Source: Malacoraja senta (Eukaryota). From it: a stretch of DNA of 64,000 bases. Both the position numbers and the translations under genes were made by a program. Each line of letters starts with the position of its first letter. Within the stretch, counting starts at the first letter, position 1. The stretch lies in NCBI GenBank assembly GCA_038087875.1, contig JAXLNO010000172.1, positions 62,001 through 126,000 of the forward strand, in the 5' to 3' direction. The notes beneath the pieces are model-generated. The model saw nothing but the letters and a program-made list of their open reading frames with translations, had not been told where the DNA came from and did no database searches. Below are positions 1-12,004 of the stretch, piece after piece.

Positions 1-2
1 CT

Positions 3-2624
3 CGCCTCCCCGATCCATCAGTCCTCATTACCATCAACAACTGTCTGTTCACAGCCAAACTCGACACGGGGGCAAAAGTCAATGTTATGTCAACAAACCT
101 GTTCAGAAAGATTAGACATAATGAGCCACTGACTTCAGACCGTTCGACCTTACGTGCTTATGGGGGCGAGGTGCTGAAACCTGTGGGAAAGGCAACTTTT
201 AATTGTGTGCTGCAAAAGTTATCGCGGCCCCTCATGTTTTATGTTCTGGACTCTGATTGTGTGACACTGTTGGGCAACCAGGCATGCCAAGACCTGGGAC
301 TAGTGTCCTTCGACCGTACTGTCCACGAAATACAGTTGCCAATGGATCCGTTATCCGAGTACCCGGATCTGTTTGATAATGAGCTGGGCAAACTGCCCCT
401 TGTCTACAAGATTGTCACCGACCCCAAAGTGGTGCCAGTGGTCCGTGCACCACACAGAATATCCCTTGCTTTAAAGGATAAAGTGGAAGCGATGCTGAAG
501 AGCATGGTTACAATGGGGGTGCTGGAAGAAGTGAGCGAGCCCACCGAGTGGGTCTCCACCATGGTTGCTACCCTGAAAAAGGACAAAAACGAGATACGGG
601 TGTGTATTAACCCCAAAGACCTGAACCTCGCGATCAGGCGGCCACACTACCCCATGAGAACCGTAGAGGACGTCGCAGCTCAGGTCGGCCAGGCTACGGT
701 GTTTTCTGTCCTTGATGCAAAAAGCTCTTTCTGGCAAATACCACTCGATAAGCGCTCCTCCGACCTGACAACTTTTTCCACTCCTTATGGCAGATTTAAG
801 TTTCTACGGATGCCATTCGGTATTAACTCTGCCAGTGAAGTGTTTCAGCGGTCCATGGAACAGCTGTTCGCTGGCATGCCATGCGCCATCATCGTTGACG
901 ACATCCTAGTTTACGGGGAGAATGCCACCGAACATGATAAGAACCTCCGCAGAGTCCTGGACCGTGCCCGGCAGATCAACTTAAAACTGAACAAGAATAA
1001 ATGCCGGTTCCGTGTCTCGGAGGTGCCGTACGTCGGGCACATCTTCACTTCCAATGGACTGAAACCCGACCCGCAAAAGACTATTGCAATATCTGAAATG
1101 CCAGCCCCAACTGACGTGCTTGGTCTACAACGATTCCTGGGCATGGTCAACTACCTCGGGAAGTTTATACCGAATCTCAGTGAGCTGAGCTCATCGCTGA
1201 GACAGCTAACTAAGAAAGGCATCGACTGGTCCTGGTTTCCACAACACCAGCAGGCTTTTGAATGTCTGAAGTCTAAGCTGATCAGCACCCCAACACTCAA
1301 ATTCTTCGACCTGCGCCGTCCCATTGTTGTGACCTGTGATGCCTCTCGTTTCGGACTGGGTGCTGCTTGCCTGCAGCTCTACGGCGACAGCTCCCTGCTA
1401 CCGGTCTCGTATGCCTCTCGGACCATGACCGACACGGAGCAACGATATGCTCAGATCGAGAAGGAGCTCCTGGCTGTGGTGTTTGCTTGTTCCAAATTCA
1501 AAGACTTTCTCTTTGGCTGTAGATTCACAGTCGAGACCGACCACCAGCCACTGGTAACCATTCTTAACAAACCCATACATGTTGCCCCTGCCAGACTACA
1601 ACGTATGATGCTGCAACTCCAGCGTTTTGATTTTGAAATCACATACAAGAAGGGAATGGAGATGCATGTTGCTGACACACTTTCTCGTGCCCCACGGGCA
1701 TCCTGTGACCGCCACCCTTACGAGCGGGAAAACCTACTCGTACTTAATGTCAACTTTGTTCCAACCAAGCAGCTACAGAGCCTGATCGAGCACACCGCCG
1801 CGGACCCCGCACTGCAGCAGCTGGCTGCCATCATCAAGCGTGGGTGGCCCATCAAACGTACCAATTTGCCATCGGGTGCACAACCGTTCTTCCTGGTCCG
1901 CGACGAGCTGGTGATCCAGGATGGGGTTATCGTCAAAGGCCACAAAGTTGTGGTCCCAGCCTCTCTATACGATCTATACTACAACGCAGCCCACAGTGGT
2001 CATCCTGGAATCAAGGCCACTGTTTCTCATGCCCAAGGACAGTTCTACTGGCCTGGCATGGCCAACTACATCAGAAACCGGGTGTCCTCCTGTGCCTCCT
2101 GCAACAACCTTACTCCGCACCAGCAGCGTCAACCTCTTCTGCAGCAGCCGGCACCAGCCATGCCTTGGACATCGCTGGCTGCTGACATATTCGAATGGCG
2201 GGGTAAGCACTTTCTCGTCCTGGTGGACATATTCTCCAATTGGTTCGACATTGACCACCTTCCGTCCGCCACCTCCGGGAGGGTCATCGCAAAGATGCGT
2301 CAGCATTTCGTCGACCACGGCGTCCCTGTCCGCTTACAGACCGACAATGGACCGCAATTCACAAGTGCCGAGTTCAAAGCTTTCGCTGCAAGGTGGAACT
2401 TCCATCACTACACCAGCAGCCCGGAGTACCCTCAGAGTAACGGCCTGGCCGAACGGGCTGTGCGGAGTGCTAAGGGCCTGATGGAGCAGTCCCGCCTGTC
2501 AAACAGCGATTTTTACCTGGACTTACTTAACATACGTAACGTTTCACGGGACCCGCTTATGGGTTCCCCTGCCCAACGTCTGATGTCCAGAGTGACAAGA
2601 CAACCCATGCCCATCAGTCCCTGA
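3..2624 (+). CDS. pol: Gypsy pol polyprotein (protease, RT, RNase H, integrase); frameshift near 2620 separates the integrase C-terminal tail (2633-3238 frame)
   Basis: Frame is open from base 3: LDTGA protease at 60-74, MPFG and IVDDIL (RT), CDAS...YAQIEKE...TDH (RNase H), H-x3-HPG...C-x2-C zinc finger, D..D(NGPQF)..E(SNGLAE) integrase. TGA at 2622-2624; homology continues in another frame (LIPKVFDP...). Confidence 0.93.
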   Translation, partial: RLPDPSVLITINNCLFTAKLDTGAKVNVMSTNLFRKIRHNEPLTSDRSTLRAYGGEVLKPVGKATFNCVLQKLSRPLMFYVLDSDCVTLLGNQACQDLGLVSFDRTVHEIQLPMDPLSEYPDLFDNELGKLPLVYKIVTDPKVVPVVRAPHRISLALKDKVEAMLKSMVTMGVLEEVSEPTEWVSTMVATLKKDKNEIRVCINPKDLNLAIRRPHYPMRTVEDVAAQVGQATVFSVLDAKSSFWQIPLDKRSSDLTTFSTPYGRFKFLRMPFGINSASEVFQRSMEQLFAGMPCAIIVDDILVYGENATEHDKNLRRVLDRARQINLKLNKNKCRFRVSEVPYVGHIFTSNGLKPDPQKTIAISEMPAPTDVLGLQRFLGMVNYLGKFIPNLSELSSSLRQLTKKGIDWSWFPQHQQAFECLKSKLISTPTLKFFDLRRPIVVTCDASRFGLGAACLQLYGDSSLLPVSYASRTMTDTEQRYAQIEKELLAVVFACSKFKDFLFGCRFTVETDHQPLVTILNKPIHVAPARLQRMMLQLQRFDFEITYKKGMEMHVADTLSRAPRASCDRHPYERENLLVLNVNFVPTKQLQSLIEHTAADPALQQLAAIIKRGWPIKRTNLPSGAQPFFLVRDELVIQDGVIVKGHKVVVPASLYDLYYNAAHSGHPGIKATVSHAQGQFYWPGMANYIRNRVSSCASCNNLTPHQQRQPLLQQPAPAMPWTSLAADIFEWRGKHFLVLVDIFSNWFDIDHLPSATSGRVIAKMRQHFVDHGVPVRLQTDNGPQFTSAEFKAFAARWNFHHYTSSPEYPQSNGLAERAVRSAKGLMEQSRLSNSDFYLDLLNIRNVSRDPLMGSPAQRLMSRVTRQPMPISP

Positions 2625-3287
2625 TACCCAAAGTGTTCGATCCTACCACAGTCCAAAGACGGATCGATCATAAACATGAAGTTCAACGGCGTTCCCACGA
2701 CAGGTCCTGCCGCCCTCTGCTGCCTCTGCTACCCGGGCAGGTCGTTCGGATGCGGACCACCACCGGCTATTCCCGCCTCGCGACGGTGACTGGCGTGGAC
2801 GACTCTCCAAGATCTTACCTGGTGGATTACGAAGGGACTACCTACCGACGAAGCCGTCAGCACCTGTTGGCCGTCAACGAGCCAAAGCCTCCTCCTGCGG
2901 CTCCTTATGCTCCTCCGTTGTCGTTTCCACCTGCTGCTGCTGATCACCCAGCTGTTCCATGCATGCCCCATTCCCCTCGCTTAGTGCGGTCTCCTGTTTC
3001 GCTGCCTCCTGGTCTTGGCCGGTCGCTTTCACCTCCTGCACGTCCTCCCCCTCCTATCTCTCCCACCCCCGCTCCGGCTGCATCTCCCCCTCCCTTGACT
3101 TTCCTGCCTGCCTCCGCTACGGCTTCTCTTCTTTCTGATGGGGGGGGGGGGAAGGTGTTGTACGTACGCGTTCGGGTCGCATTGTTAAGCCGCCTGTCCG
3201 TTACGGCGACTTTGTCTAAATTCGCACGTTTATTGTAATAGCACTATCCTGATTGCCTCCATGTGCATTTGATTCTAAGGGGAAGGA

Positions 3288-3503
3288 TGTAGATGGTTTA
3301 TGCATGCAACCAATAATATAGCTACCTCAGTACCACTAACCACGCCTTAGTTATCAAGTATAAGAACTCTATCTCCCGTGTGCTCCTCCCTTGGTTCCAG
3401 CATGATGACAGACTGGGTGCAGTCAGTGCTGGAAAGTGTTTAACCTGACTTATCATTAAACGTTAAGTAAAGCTACAAGTAAGTCAGACTCAGCTTCTTT
3501 ACA
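3288..3503 (+). repeat. 3' LTR (216 bp)
   Basis: TGTA...TACA inverted termini directly after the PPT; TATA-like GTATAAG at ~3358; ATTAAA at 3455-3460. Confidence 0.85.
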
Positions 3504-3787
3504 GTACTGATCACGTATATCTAATTACAATTAATGTACTCCGTCATTTTTTACACTAATAAAAAGGAAAGGTTGAGATTAAGAAAAAAGAGAAAGTGAA
3601 GGAAAATAGTGAAGGTGAAAATACGTGACAACAGGAAAGAACAGAGACCCTGTAGAAAAGAAATTAAGAAGAAAGGATTAAGAGATAGACCCTAAAGAAG
3701 AAAAAAAAAAGAGAAAGAGGAAAAAAGAGAAAAACAAATACTTTATTATAAGCATCACGCAAATGGGATATACCAACTCTCCAGCTT

Positions 3788-6700
3788 TCATCCCCCTTTA
3801 CCTGGCCTCGGGTTTGGTGTCAGTTTTATTGTAAATAATTTTGTAAAGATTTCAAAAATTTCAATCAAAAATGTTTGAATGTTTGTACAAAAAACAAATG
3901 AGTGCGCTATAGTAGCTTCTTGAGATTGACATTTATCACAAATGGATGATACATTGGGGAAAATTTTATTAATTTTAGTTTTTGAATAATATAATCTATG
4001 TAAAATTTTAAATTGTATTAAAGTGTGTCTTACATTAATCGAACATTTATGCACGTTTAATAAATGTTCATTCCACCTTTCCTTTGAGATTTTAATAGCT
4101 AATTCTTGTTCCCAGTCTCTTCTAATACCTTCCGTAGATGGTATTTCTACATTTAAGATAATATTATACAAATATGATATTAAGTTTGCTGATTCAGCTT
4201 TTATCTGCATTGCTTCATCCAATACATCTGCTGGGATATTATAATGATCTTTTGTATATTTTTTCAAATAGTCACATATTTGAAAATATTTAAAGTATTG
4301 ATTATTTCCCAGTTTATATTTTATTTGTAATTGTTGGAATGATAGTAATTTTCCAGTTTCATACAAGTCACCGAACGTTTTAATTCCTAGTCTATCCCAT
4401 TGTATAAATGATTTGTCTGTAATAGAGGGATTAAACAAAGGGTTATTAACTATTGGGGATAAAAGCGATAGATTTCTTAATTTTAAATTTTGTTTTATTT
4501 GTTTCCAAGTTCTGATTGTACTATGTATAATTGGGTTTTTGTTATAATTTATGTTATTCAGTTTCATTGGTGAGAGGAGGATCGCTCCAATATTACCAGA
4601 GGAGCAGTCCTCTCTCTCCATTACAATCCAGTCCACTTGCTGGGCAGAGTTGTCCATCAGTTGGATCATATTTTTAATATTTACTGACCAATAATAATAC
4701 ATGAAGTTAGGGAGTGCTAAGCCCCCTAATACTTTAGCTTTGTTCAAGTGTGTTCTTTGTATTCTATGGGATTTATAATCCCATATAAAATTAGTAATGT
4801 CTGAGTCCAATTTTTTTTTAAACTTCTTTGGTAGATATATAGGAATCGATTGAAATAGGTATAAAATTTGTGGTAAGAAGATCATTTTTATTGCATTTAT
4901 TCGGCCTATTAAAGACATCGGTAGCGTTTTCCAAAATTTAATTAATGTATTTAATTTATTAAGTAGAGGATCATAATTTGCTTTGAACATGCCTTGATAT
5001 GTTCTGGTGATTTCAATACCCAAGTATTTAAATTTTTCTGTAGCTATTTTAAAAGGGAATTTTAAAAGATGTGTTGAGTCTTTCGGTTTTATTGACATCA
5101 TTTCACTCGTATTCCAATTTATTCTGTATCCAGAAAAGGATCCAAAGTCCTCAATTAGATTTAGTATGTTTGGTATAGTAATTTGAGGTTTTGTAATGTA
5201 CAATAATATATCATCCGCATATAAAGATATTTTATTATTTGAGTATTTAGTATTATACCCATAGATATCTGGATGTGTTCTAATTTTTTCTGCTAAAGGT
5301 TCAATTATGAGAGCAAACAACTGTGGTGATAATGAGCATCCTTGTCTATTTCCCCTTGATAACCATATAACCATATAACCATATAACCATAACAGCACGG
5401 AAACAGGCCATCTCGGCCCTTCAAGTCCGTGCCGAACATTTTTTTAAATTTTTTTTTAAATTAAAAATAAATACTTCCCCCTAGTCCCATCTACCTGCAC
5501 TCAGACCATAACCCTCCATTCCTTTCCCGTCCATATACCCATCCAATCTATTTTTAAAGGATAACATTGAACCTGCCTCCACCACTTCCACTGGAAGCTC
5601 ATTCCACACAGCTACCACTCTCTGAGTAAAGAAGTTCCCCCTAATGTTCCCCCTAAACTTCTGTCCCTTAATTCTCAAGTCATGTCCCCTTGTTTGAATC
5701 TTCCCTACTCTCAATGGGAAAAGCTTATCCACGTCCACTCTGTCTAACCCGCTCATAATTTTAAAGACCTCTATCAAGTCCCCTCTTAACCTTCTGCGCT
5801 CCAAAGAATAAAGACCTAACTTGTTCAACCTTTCTCTGTAACTTAGTTGCTGAAATCAGGCAACATTCTAGTAAATCTCCTCTGTACTCTCTCTATTTTG
5901 TTGACATCCTTCCTATAATTAGGCGACCAAAATTGTACTCCATACTCCAGAATTGGCCTCACCAATGCCTTGTACAATTTTAACATTACATCCCAACTTC
6001 TATATTCAATGCTCTGATTTATAAAGGCCAGCACACCAAAAGCTTTCTTTACCACCCTATCTACATGAGATTCCACCTTCAGGGAACTATGCACAGTTAT
6101 TTCTAGATCCCTCTGTTCAACTGCATTCCTCAATTCGCTACCATTTACCGTGTACGTCCTATTTTGATTTGTCCTGCCGAGATGTAGCACCTCACATTTG
6201 TCAGCATTAAACTCCATCTGCCATCTTTCAGCCCACTCTTCCAAATGGCCTAAATCTCTCTGTAGACTTTGAAAATCTACTTCATTATCCACAACACCAC
6301 CTATCTTAGTATCATCTGCATACTTACTAATCCAATTTTCCACACCATCATCCAGATCATTGATGTACATGACAAACAACAGTGGACCAAACACAGACCC
6401 CTGAGGCACCCCACTAGTCACCGGCCTCCAACCTGACAAACAGCCATCCACCATTACTCTCTGGCATCTCCCATTCAGCCACTGTTGAATCCATCTTGCT
6501 ACTCCACCATTAATACCCAACAATTGAATCTTCTTAACCAACCTTCCATGAGGAACCTTGTCAAAGGCCTTACTGAAGTCCATATAGACAACATCCACTG
6601 CTTTACCCTCATCAATTTCCCTAGTAACCTCTTCGAAAAATTCAAGAAGATTAGTCAAGCTTGAAATTTGAAAGCTTAGTCAAGCTTGATAGTTGAAATT

Positions 6701-8641
6701 TCGAGGATAATATGTTATTAGTTAATATTCTAGCTGTAGGCTTATTATATAATAATTTAATCCATAAAATAAAATTCGCTCCCAGTTGGAATTTTTGTAA
6801 TACTTTATCCATATAATTCCATTCTACTTGGTCAAATGCTTTTTCAGCGTCCAGCGAAATAATTGATAATTCTTGTTCTTAAATTTTGTGTGAGTGCATT
6901 ATATTGAGTAGACGTCTCATATTATTAGATGAATATCTCTTAGGGATAAACCCCGTCTGATCTGGGTTTATTAATTTACTAATATATTTACTTAATCTTC
7001 TAGCTAATGTTTACGCTAATATTTTTGATCTGTATTTAACAATGCTATAGCTCTATATGAACCCGGTTCTTCTATATCTTTGTCTTTTTTAAGTATTAGT
7101 GTAATCGTTGATTCAGCTAATGTATCAGGTAATATTTGTTTTTTAAAAGCATATTGATACATTTTTTGTAACCGTGGTATAATTTTGTCATAAAAGCTTT
7201 TATAAAATTCATTAATTCTTTAATGAATTTATTGTGTCTTCTAATTCCTTGATTGAAATTTGTGCACCCAATTCCTCTTGTTCCTTCAACTCTAACTTTG
7301 GAAGATTACAATTATCCAAGAACTCTGTAATTTTATTGGAGTCCGTTGTCGATTTAGATGTGTACAAATTCTCATAAAATTGCGCAAATCTTTTATTAAT
7401 ATCCTTCGGTATGGTTAGTAATTCCCCTCTATCTGATTTAATCTTTTGGATCGTATGTTCTTTTTCTCGTTTTTTAGCTGACGAGCCAAAAGTTTATGCG
7501 GTTTATCCCCAAATTCAAAGTGTTCCTGTTTTGTAATTTGGAAAAGTCTTATAAGTTTGGCTGATAATAGTTTATTTAATTTAAATTTCAAAATTATTAT
7601 TTTATTATGTTTATCCTTTGATGGATCTTTAGCATTATCTATATCCATTTGTCTAATAAGTTCTTCTAACTGTCTTTGTTCATTCTTATTCTTTTTATTT
7701 TGAAAAGCTTGGTATGAGATTATAACACCTCTAATAAATGCTTTAAAAGATTCCCATAATAAAGTAGGCGATATATCTGGAGTGTCATTTATTTCAAAAA
7801 AGACGTCCATTTGTTCTTTTAAATATATAATCGCTTGCGGATCTTTTAGGATTTGAGAATTGAATCTCCAAAACGATTTATTCTTAGACATTCCTTCCAG
7901 TTTTAAAAAGAAAGTTAGTGGTGAATGGTCTGAAATCGGATTTGTATGGTATGCTGGGTTCACAGTGTGAGGGATTAATTTTGTATCCACCAGGAAATAA
8001 TCTATACGTGAGTATGTTTTGTGTACCATTGAATAAAACGAGTATTCCCTGCCAGTTGGATTAGCAATTCTCCAAACATCTGTTATATTGGTATTATTTA
8101 TATAAGTATTTAAAAGTTCACTAGTTTTAGATTTCGTATTCCCTCTCTGTTTTTGGCTTGATTTGTCTAAATACGGATCTAAAACACAGTTAAAGTCTCC
8201 TCCTATTATAACATTTTGATAATTAAACTCTGCGATTATGTTCAGAATTTTATTGAAAAAATGAGGATTGTCAAAGTTAGGCGCGTATATATTTACCAAG
8301 GTAATTGGAGTATCATGAATTTCTCCGGTAACTATCAAATATCTCCCTTCAATGTCTGTTATGGTATTCTTCGCTTTGAATGGTATACCTTTTCTAATAA
8401 TGATTGACGTACCTCTAGATTTCGAAGTATATGAAGAATGATATATTTGACCTATCCATTTCGCCCTCAACCTAGCTTGATCCTAGGATTTTAGATGAGT
8501 TTCTTGTAAGAAAATGATGTCAGAATTGTACAATTTCAGCTGAGCTAATATCTTACCCCTTTTAATAGGTTCATTAATACCTCTTATATTCCAACTGCAG
8601 AATGAGACTCCTCCTAGGTTCTTTTGTTTAACATCTTGCAT
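3788..8641 (-). pseudogene. L1 ORF2 (APE endonuclease + RT), disrupted
   Basis: ATG at 8641: MQDVKQKNLGGVSFCSWNIRGIN...QETHL, in-frame TAG at ~8484; GGDFN, SRIDY, SDHSP; RQGCSLSP and YADD in 3788-5360; C-x2-C...H-x4-C; several frameshifts; CR1 insertion at 5362-6684; the C-terminus appears deleted near 3810. Confidence 0.9.
5362..6684 (-). mobile_element. 5'-truncated CR1 LINE (family A) inserted in L1 ORF2
   Basis: RT motifs DFSKAFD, GVPQGS, YADD; (TATATGGT)n tail; 7-bp TSD CTTGATA at 5355-5361 and 6685-6691; the L1 frame rejoins as NNILSSKFQLSRGNRQGC. Confidence 0.93.
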
Positions 8642-9537
8642 TTTAAATAATTATAATACCTTTAAATCTTGCGGTGCATCCATGTCTCAGGTCTTTGGGT
8701 ATTGGGGGAACCTTTGCATTACTAAGTTTTGTTGGCATATCCCTTTTACGCTTATCACTAAACACAAAACACAAACATGTGACTTTATGTGATAATAATA
8801 ATAATTAAAAAAAAAGTGAAAAAGTGAAAATACAGTGTCTAAAATAGTCGACACTGTAACAAGTGACCCACCTGTAGGTGGGAGAAAACCTTGTTTCAAC
8901 TTCCATTGTTGATGTTAAACAAATAACTCCGCACCCTTGGTTAATCATAACATAATAGGACGGGGCCTCACAATCAGATATATGATACAAATTTACCCTA
9001 TATATTTCATTATAACATATCATATATATATCGCACTTTTATCTACTAATTATTAAACGAATGAATTTACCTTCAATAATAATCAGCTGTTGGTTGAAGG
9101 GGTTAATGAAACGTGCTCCTGGACCTGAGCCAGGTGCTCGTTTCTCATCCCCTCCTCCCAGTTATAGATAAGGGTTAGATTTAGTAAAAATTTATATTAG
9201 TTATGTTAGTTCGTTATTTTTTTTGTTAGCGTCCGTTACTATTCTAGTTTAATATTGATAACTTGTTAAATTGTTAAGTTGTTAATAGGATCAATTCTTA
9301 CAATTGGATTTAATATTATAGTCTATTAAACAATTAATGCTTCTGGTATAGTCTATTCTCTTCGGTTCGGCTGTTTACTTCGTTTGGAACACAGAACGTC
9401 CTTGAGTTAAAATTCCACAGATAACCAGTCTCGCCATCCTAAACAAAACACTACATGAAATGGTTCTGAGCTGCTGATCATCCATTAACTGTGGAATTCT
9501 AATTAAAAAGTTTGTTCATACCATCTATGTATTCCCG

Positions 9538-10598
9538 CTACTTTTCAACGATGCTCTGGGCATATTTGTATGCATCCTCCGGGTTTACAAATGATCTTTC
9601 ACGTCCATTATAAGAGATGCGCATTTTAGCTGGATAAAAGACACTGTATCTAACATCTTGCTTCCCCCTTAAAAGTTCTTTTGCCTTTCCGAATTGATTT
9701 CTCTTTTGCACAATTTCATACGGATAGTCCCTAAATATTTTGATAATGTCGTTATCAAGCCTCAGTTGCACTCCATATTTGATTTTACTCATCACCCAGT
9801 TCTGAAATATCTCGAAATTTCACAATAATCTGTCGTGGATGGTCTTGTCTAGCTTGAGATCTCGGTTTAAATCTCGGTACACGGTGTGGCACTTCAATTT
9901 TCGGTTCTTTGGAGAGATTAAGCAGTTGTTTAAGTAAGCCCATGGCAAACTCACGAATGTCCATTCCCTCAGCTCCCTCTGAGTCCAAGAATTCTCAAAT
10001 TCTGATGTCTACAACGAGCTTCCAGGTCCAGGCATTTATCTGAAACTTTCCCCAGTTGAGTCGTCATCTGTACTGAAGTTTGCTCATGTTCTTGCTTCAT
10101 TTGATCATGTTCTCGCCTCATTTTCACCATGTCTTCAGCTACTCGAGCCATATTTTTCTCCAATTCCGTGATTGCCATAATTGCAGCTACTGTTTCAAGC
10201 ACAGCCGTGAACCTGTCCAAGGTAACTTTTTCCATCTTATCAATTCTCCCCGATAGTCCATCTTTCACATCATCAATTCGTTTATTTATAGTGTCAAGTG
10301 AATCAGCCACCTTCTGATTACCAGCATTCGAATCCTGCATCATCTTTTCCATTTTTTCCATCATTTTTCCCATCAGATTTTTATTTTCATCCAAAATTTC
10401 ATCTTTCATGTTTTTCACTGATTTCTTCAAATCCTCAAATTCTTTATCCTTAGCCAGCTCTGTCTTAGGTCTTGTATCCATTTCTGCAGTCACTTCAGAA
10501 ACTTCAGAGGTAACTTCTCCTTCAGGATTCTTCAGGTTTTTCAGTAGCTGTTTTTTAACTGTTCTCTGAGGGCTCTGAGCTGGAGACAGTCTTTTCAT
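9538..10598 (-). pseudogene. L1 ORF1 (coiled coil + RRM + CTD), two frameshifts
   Basis: Heptad-rich region, then DLEARCRHQNLRILGL, HRVP...PRQIIVKF and IFRDYP...YPAKMRI, split over three frames. Confidence 0.88.
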
Positions 10599-10770
10599 TT
10601 AAAAGTCTTTAAGCCACCGTTTAAAACATCGCGCTTACTGATGACGGCTTCAGCACGGCGACCAGAAGCTCCGGTAAGGTTTTTAAATCAATTCCGACTT
10701 ATAGACCCGTTTTAAAGCGAAAAATCGCGAATTTTTTCGGGAGTGGAGCTAGGTGCACGTCTGTTAGTAT

Positions 10771-10791
10771 AACATGGCGCCACCGGAAGTC
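10771..10791 (-). promoter_or_regulatory. L1 5'-terminal internal promoter motifs (ETS-like + YY1-like)
   Basis: The minus strand begins GACTTCCGGTGGCGCCATGTT, containing ACTTCCGG (ETS) and CGCCATGTT (YY1 consensus CGCCATNTT). Confidence 0.55.
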
Positions 10792-12004
10792 GTAAGTCGT
10801 TTATTTTACATATAAACTTGTTTCTTGGGATTGCTTTAATCTAATTTTACGTTGCGATAATGTGATTTGGGCCCCATATGAACCGGCAGTGTTTTTCCTG
10901 CCGATATGGGGTTCAAATTCACCGCAACCGCAACGTTCCAATCGATCGCGTTCCAGAAAAACCCACTCGCAAGATGATTTAAATGCTCTTTTTTTTGGAC
11001 AATCATGTCATAAGAGCATCTAAATTGTCTATATTTTGTGTTATTGTCTACCCATAGTCAATATTTTTATACTAAATATCAGTTTTAGTCCCATGTATTG
11101 TGAAAAAAAATAAAACATTAAATTCCTTCCATCTGGCATGTAAATTCATGACAGTGAGATTTAAAAATCATGTTATATTGTGAATTCTTGTGTGAATGGG
11201 ATTAGTTTGTTATTTGGATACTTAAGCTATTTAAAAAATATATCCTTGTCTTAAGAAATGGAATCTACAGGACATTCTTAATGGGAAAGTAGTGGGCAGA
11301 AAGGCATGTCATGCGTGGTTTGAAGAGCAAAAACTTGTAGTTTACAATGTCAAAATTGAAAAGTTGAGGAAAAACAAGGTGTACAGAGTTGCTTATTGGT
11401 TACAATCTGAGGAGTATGATGATGCTACTGATTATGATATGCCAATGTACCAGCTAGCAACTGATCTTCTCCATAAAGACTTGGTCTATTGCTAGAAATT
11501 GTAATTTATTTACCTATCTGTTACGGACTTACAGCATATAATACAATAATATTAAAGTTCTGATCTTGAGAATGTCACATTTTTGAATTTTTAAGGCAGT
11601 CTGGGTGTTTATTACTATTTCCGTCACAACGATTAATTTTGTAATTAACTACAATTAGGTAACTAACTAATTATATGCTTTAATTTCAGGTCATCCAAGT
11701 AAGATGTTTTATATTTGTTTCAGAATGCTTCAATCTATAATCTGAAAATTTCATTCAGTTCTCTTAATTTTTAAGAAAGTTATGGGCTTTTGACTGTCCT
11801 CGATCACAGCTTTTGTGTTAAGTCAATGCAAAAGCAATAGGGAACATGTTGCTAATTTCCGAGTATGAAAATGGCCATAACTTTTTTAATACTGAAGATA
11901 TGAAAGTGAATTAGGTGTCAAATTAAACTTTTTTTAATGTTTTATCTGATGGGATAAATTGCAGACTTGATTTTTAAAAACCTCAAAACTTTGTAACATT
12001 GCTA
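10792..12004. mobile_element. Unclassified DNA transposon, copy 1 (left part displaced by the L1 insertion)
   Basis: Colinear homology to 38977-39721; same terminus ...TTGTAACATTGCTA; carries extra internal segments including ORF 11292-11495. Confidence 0.75.

Larger units (their letters stand above)
1..3503 (+). mobile_element. Ty3/Gypsy LTR retrotransposon, 3' part (Mag-like); 5' part lies outside the window
   Basis: pol in PR-RT-RH-IN order; polypurine tract AAGGGGAAGGA at 3277-3287; LTR TGTAGA...TTTACA at 3288-3503. Confidence 0.95.
3504..10791 (-). mobile_element. Near full-length L1-clade LINE, interrupted by a CR1 and by the Gypsy element
   Basis: 5' UTR, ORF1, ~900 bp spacer, ORF2 (EN-RT-Cys-rich). 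The 3' UTR (3504-3810) is homologous to the poly(A)-tailed L1 fragment at 24447-24857. Confidence 0.92.

Noticed and set aside
2622..2633. Possible programmed read-through of the TGA in Gypsy pol
   Set aside because: The downstream ORF is in a different frame and no slippery heptamer is evident; a small indel is simpler.
5361..5392. Short regularly spaced repeats (also 50297-50322, 54459-54503, 61081-61105) as a possible CRISPR-like array
   Set aside because: Spacer-less LINE tail or UTR microsatellites in eukaryotic DNA; no cas genes.
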